A DNA stretch of 60,464 nt from Chitinophaga pinensis (lineage in GTDB: Bacteria > Bacteroidota > Bacteroidia > Chitinophagales > Chitinophagaceae), in contig CALRQQ020000001.1 of the NCBI GenBank assembly GCA_943370345.1, positions 1 through 60,464 on the forward strand. Reading direction: 5' to 3'. The notes under the pieces were generated by a model. That model was given only the letters and a program-made list of their open reading frames with translations, was not told the origin of the DNA and made no database searches. Each line of letters opens with the position of its first letter. Position 1 is the stretch's first letter. The translations under genes and the position numbers were made by a program. Below are positions 17,289-25,200 of this stretch, piece after piece.

Positions 17289-18650
17289 ATGAAGACTTTA
17301 CAATCTGTAATGAATCTCCGCCCTTTCTCATTCCTTATTCTCTGTTCCTTATTTCTCATTTCCCTCAACTCCTGCTCGGTTTCCTCCAAAATCTCCAAAT
17401 CAGCCAAAAGTACGGTCCTCAACGCCGCTCCTTTAAAAACCGCCCATATCGGCATTTCCATTTACAATTCCGAAACCGGCAAGTACCTATATAACTACCA
17501 GGGCGATAAATATTTTGTTCCGGCCAGTAATACCAAGATTCCGACCTGTTATGCGGCGATGAAGTATTTGGGGGATAGTCTGGTGGGGTTGAGGTATGAT
17601 ATCAACGGCAATTGTACCACCATACAAGGCACAGGTGATCCCACATTTTTAATTCCTGAGTTCACCAGTCAGCCAGTATTTGATTTTTTAAAAAAACAAG
17701 AAAATACCATCTGCTATACGGAGTTGTCGTATAGTACAGCTGAGTGGGGAAACGGATGGTCTTGGAATGACTATGACCAGAGTTATATGGCACCCCGTAG
17801 TCCGATGCCAGTTTATGGAAATATTGTAAGGTTCCAGAAACAATCCTCAGTATCAATCGAAGCAGACTCAGTTCCCTCCTTTGGCATTTCAGTATCGCCA
17901 ACTTATTTTAACAAGAGTATTGTGACCGGAAATGCAGGCTGGAAGAAAAGCAATGGCTTTTCTGTATCAAGATCATTTGCCGAAAATTCATTTTTAGTTG
18001 TACCCGATAATAGAAGTATTTATGCTGAAATTCCATTTACGAATACCCGTACACTGATTCAATCTTTATTACAGGATACACTTAAGAAAACTGTACTTCC
18101 TTTTGGAAGACTTAAGAAAAAGTTGACAGGTGTTATCCACTCCCAACCAACCGACTCGATGCTCAAGCCCATGATGCACCGTTCGGATAATTTTTTTGCC
18201 GAGCAATCCCTGTTAATGGTGAGCAATGAACACCTGGGTGTAATGAACGATGCAAAGATCATTGACACCTTACTCAAAACCGATTTCAATGACCTGCCCC
18301 AGAAGCCCCGCTGGGCTGATGGTTCTGGCCTCAGCCGGTATAACCTCTTCACCCCGCAGGATTTTGTAGCTATTCTGAATAAAATGAAGAATGAATTCGG
18401 GATGGAACGGATCAAAACCATTTTCCCGACTGGGGGCGAAGGCACGATCAGTTCTTACTACAAAGCCGGCAGCGGTTATATCTATGCCAAGACCGGCACC
18501 CTATCCGGTGTGGTGGCCTTAAGCGGATTCCTATATACGAACAAAGGGAAGCTGCTGATCTTCTCTACGCTGGTCAATAATCACCAGGCTACCTCAACGG
18601 AAGTCAGGAGGGCGGTGGAGAAGTTTATTGAGAGCTTACGGAAGTATTAA
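17289..18650 (+). CDS. dacB: D-alanyl-D-alanine carboxypeptidase/endopeptidase (PBP4, peptidase S13), lipoprotein
   Basis: SxxK (PASNTK), SxN (SDN), DGSGLSR, KTGTL and lipobox LNSC. Confidence 0.88.
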   Translation: MKTLQSVMNLRPFSFLILCSLFLISLNSCSVSSKISKSAKSTVLNAAPLKTAHIGISIYNSETGKYLYNYQGDKYFVPASNTKIPTCYAAMKYLGDSLVGLRYDINGNCTTIQGTGDPTFLIPEFTSQPVFDFLKKQENTICYTELSYSTAEWGNGWSWNDYDQSYMAPRSPMPVYGNIVRFQKQSSVSIEADSVPSFGISVSPTYFNKSIVTGNAGWKKSNGFSVSRSFAENSFLVVPDNRSIYAEIPFTNTRTLIQSLLQDTLKKTVLPFGRLKKKLTGVIHSQPTDSMLKPMMHRSDNFFAEQSLLMVSNEHLGVMNDAKIIDTLLKTDFNDLPQKPRWADGSGLSRYNLFTPQDFVAILNKMKNEFGMERIKTIFPTGGEGTISSYYKAGSGYIYAKTGTLSGVVALSGFLYTNKGKLLIFSTLVNNHQATSTEVRRAVEKFIESLRKY

Positions 18651-18723
18651 GAGCCTCAACAGCACGGTTTCGGAATCAAACTATGAACGTCAATAGTCAT
18701 ATCCCTTTGACCCTCCACTACAA

Positions 18724-18774
18724 CTAACCTCGACTTGTCCACCGAAGCCTTGGCGAAGGTAGATGGGGTTGAAC
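18724..18774. repeat. REP-like palindrome interrupted by a ~29-nt stem-loop insert
   Basis: CTAACCTCGA [CTTGTCCACCGAAGCCTTGGCGAAGGTAG] ATGGGGTTGAAC. Removing the insert gives the 22-nt REP seen at 19515 and 19661. Confidence 0.7.
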
Positions 18775-18775
18775 T

Positions 18776-19222
18776 TTAAAACAGGTATTTCTCTTCAAAA
18801 CTGATATGATGTTCCTGAAGCAATCTTCTGTATTCCTCTTCAAAATTCTCGGAAACATGATGTGCTTTCTGTCCTTTTATATACCCGATTATCCGGTCCC
18901 TTTCATTTTCTGAACAGGTAAAAGAACCATAGCCCTCCTGCCAGCCCAAAAATGAAGGGTATTGACCGGATTTTTTCATCCACATACTACTGGATACTTT
19001 AATTTCCTTTACAAAATGGCTCAGGGAAACAGAAGGATGCAGATCTGTTAAAATGTGAATATGATCCGGCATTCCGTTTATCTGGTAAAGCTTACAGTTT
19101 AATGATTTGGCAATACCATAAATGTAATTGTAAAGTGGTTTTTCTGTTTCGGTGGGAATCGCCGGTTCCCTGAATTTTGTACCAAAAACAAGGTGATAAT
19201 AAATTTGTCGATAGGTGCTCAT
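18776..19222 (-). mobile_element. tnpA: IS200/IS605-family Y1 (HUH) transposase TnpA, REP-associated (RAYT-like) context
   Basis: YYHLVFGTKFR, HUH motif DHIH, WQEGYGSF and catalytic Tyr in YIKGQ; AT-rich; no tnpB; flanked by REP-like palindromes. Confidence 0.9.
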
Positions 19223-19330
19223 ATTATAAGGTTTAAATTAAAAATGCCGGTATTGTTCCGGTGGACGTAAACTAATACAGTAATTATTATCTTGTTTAAC
19301 CGTCGCCGTTTTTTGGAAAAATTTCAATTA

Positions 19331-19913
19331 GTTCAACCCCTCCGGGGTTGCGGGGGTCATTGGGGACGCATTACCCCGGGTTGGCACCTGGGGCTATGAA
19401 AAGTGTAAGCCCTCCGGGCTTGCTTGAGCTTTCGCTTTTATTCGTTCTGATTCAATGGGTTGATGTTTTGTAGTTCTGAACCAATGTTTATAAGGGGAAT
19501 GCTTTTCGGAAATCCTAACCCCGAATAGGGTTGAACCATTCATAACCCCGGGTGCCAACCCGGGGTACGGAATTAGATGAATGTCCTGCAACCCCAAAGG
19601 GGTTGAACTTTAAAAGATTTTTCTTAGTTAAATAACCGCTGCTGTTTATATGCTTTACGACTAACCCCGAAGGGGGTTGAACCCATCATAGACCCAGGTG
19701 CCAACCCGGGGTATGGGATGAAATGAATTTCCCCCAACCCCAACGGGGTTGAACTATAAAACTGGTTTTTATTTAAAGCTATTGATGTCCCGATGTGCTA
19801 TTTGACCCCAAACGTATATTGTAGTTCAACCCCTTCAGGGTTGCAGGGATCATTTGTGCTTCTCTACCCCGGGTTGGCACCCGGGGCTATGAAAAGTGTA
19901 AGCCCTACGGGCC
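19331..19913. repeat. Cluster of four ~90-nt composite REP/BIME-like units
   Basis: Units at 19331-19421(+), 19515-19608(-), 19661-19754(-) and 19824-19913(+). Each is GTTCAACCCC-n3-GGGGTTG, a ~22-nt variable spacer, ACCCCGGGTTGGCACCYGGG, TATG and a third hairpin. Confidence 0.9.
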
Positions 19914-19940
19914 AGGATGAGCATTTTCTTTGAGAAATGT

Positions 19941-19975
19941 TCAATATTCAAAGCTCAAAGCTCAATTTTCATTAA
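19941..19975. repeat. Heptamer array TCAAnnn downstream of mutL
   Basis: TCAATAT TCAAAGC TCAAAGC TCAATTT TCATTAA. Confidence 0.75.
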
Positions 19976-20004
19976 TGTAATGTAGCAAAATTTTGTGGGG
20001 ACTA

Positions 20005-21825
20005 TCACCTCCCGAACATCCGCTCCAGCTGCTCCTGCTTAAACTCTAAATAGGTTGGATTACCATCCGGCGTGATATTCGGTGTGTCGCAGGCAAAGAG
20101 ATCGGTCACTAACTGCCGCATTTCGCGTTCGGTTAGCCGGGTGCCGGCCTTGATGGATTGCTGGCGGGCTAAGGAGCGGACCAGTTTTTCGCGGCGGGAG
20201 AATTTTACATCCGGACTGAAATGTTTGTATTGTTCTAATAAGATATCAATGATATGTTTATCATTCCCCGCTTCCACATCAGCCGGAGTGCCCTGGATCA
20301 CATAAGTATTTTTGCCAAAGGGTTCAATGGTATAGCCGAGGTATTTCAGGTCATCCATGATCTCCTCCATCACGGCCGCATCGGCAGGTGTGAGTTCCAT
20401 GGTAGACGGAAACATACTCCGCTGTGTGGCCACTGGTTTATCCTTGCCCGCTGCACTGAGCTGCTCATACAACACCCGCTCGTGAGCCGATTGCTGATGA
20501 AGCAGGAGGAAGCCGTTGTTGGAGGGAATAGTAATGTAGGTATTCAGTAATTGCGTTACTTCTGTTTCAGCCGTGAGTGGTGAATGGTGAATGCTGAGTA
20601 GTGAGTGGTGAGTGGGGGGCACTTCAGCCTGCTCATTGCTTTCATAAAACGATTTCCAGTTTTTCAGTTCTCCGGAATCACTCTTCTCTATGAAATGGGC
20701 CTGGTTCTTTTGGGTAAAGCCGCGGAAGATCGAACCGGCAGCGGCGGCATTCTTTTTATCGTCAGTGAAGGGATGCTGGATCGAACTCAGTTGCTGGATC
20801 GATGCATCTAATTCAAAGTCGAGGGTGGGGGTGACGCTGAACTGTGCCAGCGCATGTTTTACTGCGGCCTGCACAAAGGCATAAATGATCTTCTCATCCT
20901 CAAATTTGATCTCCTGCTTGGTGGGATGCACATTCACATCCACCACGGCGGGATCCAGGTCAATAAATAGCACATACATCGGGAAACTGTCCGACGGGAT
21001 CATTTCCTGGTAGGCATTCATCACCGCATGGTTAAGATAGGCACTGCGGATATACCGGTTATTGACAAAAAAGTACTGATCCCCCCGGGTTTTCTTGGCG
21101 GTTTCGGGTTTGCCCACAAAACCGTAGATATTCAGATAATCCGTCTTTTCGTTGACAGTTACCAGTTTGGCATTATAGGTGCTGCCCAGCAACTGTACGA
21201 TCCGTTGCTTCAGACTGCCGGCTTCGAGATGAAAGATCTGTTGGTTATTCGCGGTGAGGGTAAAGAGGATCTCCGGAAAAGACATCGCTACCCGGGTGAA
21301 CTCATCCACAATATGCCGGGTTTCGGCCGCATTGCTCTTTAAAAAATTCCGACGGGCCGGTACATTGAAGAAGAGGTTCTTCATCGCAATACTGGTGCCA
21401 TTGGGAGCCGCCACGGGTTCCTGTTTTTTCACCATACTGTTCTCTACCTCGATATAGGTACCGGTCTCATCTTCCGCTCTTTTGGTTTTCAACTCTACCT
21501 GTGCCACCGCGGCCACCGATGCCAGGGCCTCACCCCGGAAACCCATCGTGCGGATATGAAACAGGTCTTCAATGTTCCTGATCTTGGAGGTTGCATGACG
21601 TTCAAAACACATCCGGGCATCGGTTTCGGTCATCCCGCTCCCATTATCAATTACCTGCACCAATCCCTTACCTGCATCACTGATGATCAGTCTGATCTCC
21701 GTGGCACCGGCATCGACCGCATTTTCCAGTAACTCCTTTACAGCACTGGCCGGCCGTTGAATTACTTCTCCGGCTGCTATCTGGTTAGCAATATTATCAG
21801 GTAATAATGTGATCTTATCAGGCAC
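20005..21825 (-). CDS. mutL: DNA mismatch repair protein MutL
   Basis: IAAGEVIQRPASAVKELLENAVDA, HATSKI, GFRGEALAS and VDVNVHPTK. Probable GTG start at 21825 (the ORF extends to 21861). Confidence 0.96.
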   Translation of the reverse strand: MPDKITLLPDNIANQIAAGEVIQRPASAVKELLENAVDAGATEIRLIISDAGKGLVQVIDNGSGMTETDARMCFERHATSKIRNIEDLFHIRTMGFRGEALASVAAVAQVELKTKRAEDETGTYIEVENSMVKKQEPVAAPNGTSIAMKNLFFNVPARRNFLKSNAAETRHIVDEFTRVAMSFPEILFTLTANNQQIFHLEAGSLKQRIVQLLGSTYNAKLVTVNEKTDYLNIYGFVGKPETAKKTRGDQYFFVNNRYIRSAYLNHAVMNAYQEMIPSDSFPMYVLFIDLDPAVVDVNVHPTKQEIKFEDEKIIYAFVQAAVKHALAQFSVTPTLDFELDASIQQLSSIQHPFTDDKKNAAAAGSIFRGFTQKNQAHFIEKSDSGELKNWKSFYESNEQAEVPPTHHSLLSIHHSPLTAETEVTQLLNTYITIPSNNGFLLLHQQSAHERVLYEQLSAAGKDKPVATQRSMFPSTMELTPADAAVMEEIMDDLKYLGYTIEPFGKNTYVIQGTPADVEAGNDKHIIDILLEQYKHFSPDVKFSRREKLVRSLARQQSIKAGTRLTEREMRQLVTDLFACDTPNITPDGNPTYLEFKQEQLERMFGR

Positions 21826-21944
21826 AAATTCAGCTTTAGCCGTCAAAAATAACCATTTCATTTTTAAGGAACCACGCCCATCTCCTTTGCCCCAAAACCG
21901 TTAATTTTAAATACTCAAACTTCCTTATATTAATAAATAGTATT

Positions 21945-24872
21945 ATGCGGAATATCAAGCCGTTATTGCTCTGTTTTCTACTGATGCCCGTCCTTGCAAG
22001 GGCCCAGTATAAGAGCAGCCTCAACAAAGCACAATGGGTGGATAGTGTGTTCAACTCCCTCACCGACGATCAGCGGATCGCACAACTGATGGTGATCAGG
22101 GCTCACTCCAATCTCGGACCGGACCATGTGGCCAAAGTGACCGATGATATCAAAAAGTACAATGTGGGGGCCCTTTGTTTTTTCCAGGGCGGACCGGTGC
22201 GACAGGCCAATCTCACGAATCTCTATCAGCGTATTGCTCAAACACCACTCATGGTGACCATCGATGGCGAGTGGGGACTCGGTATGCGGCTCGATAGTGT
22301 GGCGAAATTTCCTTACCAGCTGACCATCGGGGCCATCAATGATGAGAACCTGGTCTACCGGATGGGACTGGCCGTAGGGGAACAATGCAAACGCATCGGG
22401 GTACATGTGAACTATGCGCCGGTAGTGGATATCAACAATAATCCCAATAATCCGGTGATCGGATTCCGCTCTTTTGGAGAGGATAAGAATAAAGTAACGG
22501 ATTTTGGGATCGCCTATATGAAGGGCATGCAGGATGCGGGCATCATGGCCTGTGCCAAGCACTTTCCTGGTCATGGAGATGTGGATGTGGACTCCCACTA
22601 CGATCTGCCGGTGATCAATAAAACCATGGGACAACTGGATTCAATGGAACTGGCGCCCTTCAAAGCCATTTTTGAAGCGGGTGTGGGCAGTGTAATGATC
22701 GCTCACTTGTATATTCCCGCCATTGATAATACAAAGAACCGGGCCACTTCCATTTCAAAAAATAATGTGACCGATCTGCTCCGCAACAGTCTTCATTATA
22801 ACGGACTCACGTTTACCGATGCACTGGAGATGAAAGGCGTGGCCAAATACTTCCCCGGTGGTACGATTGCCGTGGAAGCTATCATTGCCGGAAATGATAT
22901 GCTTTGTCTGCCTGAAAATGTGGGGGAATCCATTGAAGCCATTAAGAAAGCCATCGCGGATAACCGGCTTACCTGGGAAAATATCTACAGCAAAGTCCGT
23001 AAAGTACTGGCTTCAAAATACCAGCTCGGATTGAATAAAGCAACGGTTATTGATACCAACAATCTGTTAGCCGATATCAACGCCAAAACCGATGCGATCC
23101 GTCGTGAAGTGGCCCAGCACGGAATTACCTTGCTGGCCAACGCAGGTCTTACTGCCTCCCGTACCGATTATGCACAATTGCCGCTGACAACTAAACAAAA
23201 GAAGATCGCTTATGTGGGTATTGGTACAAAGGAGCTGAGTGCTTTTGGCCGACGGTTGCAAACGGATCTCGGGGCAGATGTGTTTTTGTATTCTTATAAG
23301 GACAGTCCGGAAAAAGCAGATTCCATCCTGAAGGCCATCCCCAAGGACGGCACGTATGATGCCATCGTGATCGGGGTGCATAATTATGCCAACAAGCCCA
23401 TGGATAATTTCGGGATCACCGCTCCGGCCCTGAAGCTGTACAAAGAACTCAATTTTATCAAGACCCTCACGTTCACTTTCGGCAATGTACTGGCCAATAA
23501 AAATTTCTGCGATGCCAATACCCTCGTGGCCTGTTATCAGGACGATGAGATCACGCAACAGGTAGCAGCGGATATGATCGAAGGTAAATTGATGCCCCGC
23601 GGAAAATTACCGGTAACGGTTTGTCAGTTCAAATTCGGACAGGGTATCGTAATGAACAAAAAACCCGTTACCCCTGAAGAAACCCGTACCGCCCTTCAGG
23701 CGGTGGATTCCATTGCTGAGGATGCTGTGACACGGAAAGTATTTCCCGGTTGTGTGGTACTGGCCGCTCATAAAGGAGAGATCATTTATCACAAGGCATT
23801 CGGCCATTATGAGTTTGATGCGTCTTCACCGGCTATGAGCCCCGAAAGTATATTCGACCTCGCTTCCGTGACCAAGGTATCTGCCACCACGGTCTCCATC
23901 ATGAAATTATACGATGAAGGAAAGGTCAGTCTGGATGGCACGCTGAAAGACTACCTGCCTTGGGTAAAAGGAAGTGATAAAGAGAATCTGAAGATCCGGG
24001 ATATCCTGTTGCACCAGGCCGGTCTGGTACCATTTATCGCTTTTTATAAAGAAACCCTCAATGGAAATAACAGCCCGAAGCAAGGTTTTTATGAGATCAA
24101 ACCGCAAAAAGGATATGGCGTGCGGGTGGCGGAGAACTTTTATCTGCGCGATGACTGGGAAGACACGTTACTGCAACGGATCAAAACCAGTCCGCTCGGT
24201 CCGGTCAATAAATATGTATATAGTGACAATGATTTTATTTTTCTCGGTAAGATCGTGGAGCAGCTCAGTGGTATGAGTCTCGATGAGTATACCCGTAAAA
24301 CCTTTTACAATAAAATGGGTATGTACTCCACCGGTTTTGTTCCCCGCAACCGGTTTCCGGCCGAATGTATGGTGCCTTCTGAGAATGATACCTATTTCCG
24401 CAAGCAGACCATCCGTGGCGATGTGCATGATGAAGGAGCCGCCATGTTTGGTGGCGTGGCCGGACATGCCGGACTTTTCTCCAATGCCTACGATCTTTCC
24501 CTGTTGTACCAGATGCTGCTGAATAAAGGAACCTTCAATGGTGTGCGTTACCTGCGTCCGGAAACGGTTCAGTTATTCTCTGCCTATAACAGTAAGATCA
24601 GCCGGCGTGGGCTGGGTTTTGATAAACCGGAAAAGGACAACTTACTCCGCAAGGACCCCTATCCTTCATTACTGGCTTCCCCATCTACTTTTGGACATAC
24701 CGGCTTTACCGGTACCTGTGTATGGGTGGATCCGCAATACGATCTCGTTTATATTTTTCTTTCCAACCGGGCGTTCCCTACCCGTGATAACAATAAGCTC
24801 TCACAGCTCCTCATCCGTGGCAAGATCCAGGATGCGATCTACAAGTCCCTCGGTGCTGATACGCACGAATAA
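21945..24872 (+). CDS. GH3 beta-N-acetylglucosaminidase fused to a beta-lactamase-like serine hydrolase
   Basis: GH3 motifs DGEWG, RSFGE, KHFPGHG and FTDAL; C-terminal SxxK (ASVTK), YSD and GHTGFTG. Confidence 0.9.
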   Translation: MRNIKPLLLCFLLMPVLARAQYKSSLNKAQWVDSVFNSLTDDQRIAQLMVIRAHSNLGPDHVAKVTDDIKKYNVGALCFFQGGPVRQANLTNLYQRIAQTPLMVTIDGEWGLGMRLDSVAKFPYQLTIGAINDENLVYRMGLAVGEQCKRIGVHVNYAPVVDINNNPNNPVIGFRSFGEDKNKVTDFGIAYMKGMQDAGIMACAKHFPGHGDVDVDSHYDLPVINKTMGQLDSMELAPFKAIFEAGVGSVMIAHLYIPAIDNTKNRATSISKNNVTDLLRNSLHYNGLTFTDALEMKGVAKYFPGGTIAVEAIIAGNDMLCLPENVGESIEAIKKAIADNRLTWENIYSKVRKVLASKYQLGLNKATVIDTNNLLADINAKTDAIRREVAQHGITLLANAGLTASRTDYAQLPLTTKQKKIAYVGIGTKELSAFGRRLQTDLGADVFLYSYKDSPEKADSILKAIPKDGTYDAIVIGVHNYANKPMDNFGITAPALKLYKELNFIKTLTFTFGNVLANKNFCDANTLVACYQDDEITQQVAADMIEGKLMPRGKLPVTVCQFKFGQGIVMNKKPVTPEETRTALQAVDSIAEDAVTRKVFPGCVVLAAHKGEIIYHKAFGHYEFDASSPAMSPESIFDLASVTKVSATTVSIMKLYDEGKVSLDGTLKDYLPWVKGSDKENLKIRDILLHQAGLVPFIAFYKETLNGNNSPKQGFYEIKPQKGYGVRVAENFYLRDDWEDTLLQRIKTSPLGPVNKYVYSDNDFIFLGKIVEQLSGMSLDEYTRKTFYNKMGMYSTGFVPRNRFPAECMVPSENDTYFRKQTIRGDVHDEGAAMFGGVAGHAGLFSNAYDLSLLYQMLLNKGTFNGVRYLRPETVQLFSAYNSKISRRGLGFDKPEKDNLLRKDPYPSLLASPSTFGHTGFTGTCVWVDPQYDLVYIFLSNRAFPTRDNNKLSQLLIRGKIQDAIYKSLGADTHE

Positions 24873-25145
24873 AAGATACCGCCTGAGAACAGGCACAGGC
24901 TATTAACCCCCTCATATGTCCGGAAAGATGGCTCTACAGGTGATGACTGTGTTTATGTGTTTCATACCATGATCGCTAATGATCAGAATGTGCCATTGGT
25001 TAAATTATCCTTGATCTTAAAATGATCATTTCGACCACACGTACTGCACGGGTCTTGATTTTTGTGCATATGACTTTGTAACCGGTACCCCTTGTTCCTG
25101 AACCGATCCATATATGTTTATTTAAAAAGTGCCGGTTGCATCTAT

Positions 25146-25174
25146 AAAAAAAACTGCTGCGGGACGCAGCAGTC
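25146..25174 (-). terminator. Intrinsic terminator of the PSP1/RicT gene
   Basis: ACTGCTGCG-gga-CGCAGCAGT stem followed by a U-run on the minus strand. Confidence 0.8.
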
Positions 25175-25200
25175 GATATCTTATTTCATTTATTGAATGA

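Noticed and set aside
18776-19330. IS605-type element with TnpB/IscB
   Set aside because: No accompanying RuvC-type ORF on either side of tnpA.
19331-19913. CRISPR array
   Set aside because: Units occur in both orientations, are multi-hairpin composites with irregular spacing, and there are no cas genes. A REP/BIME-type cluster fits better.
24873-25140. Small ORF or RNA in the gap after the GH3 gene
   Set aside because: Only very short ORFs with no recognisable motif or convincing promoter-terminator unit.
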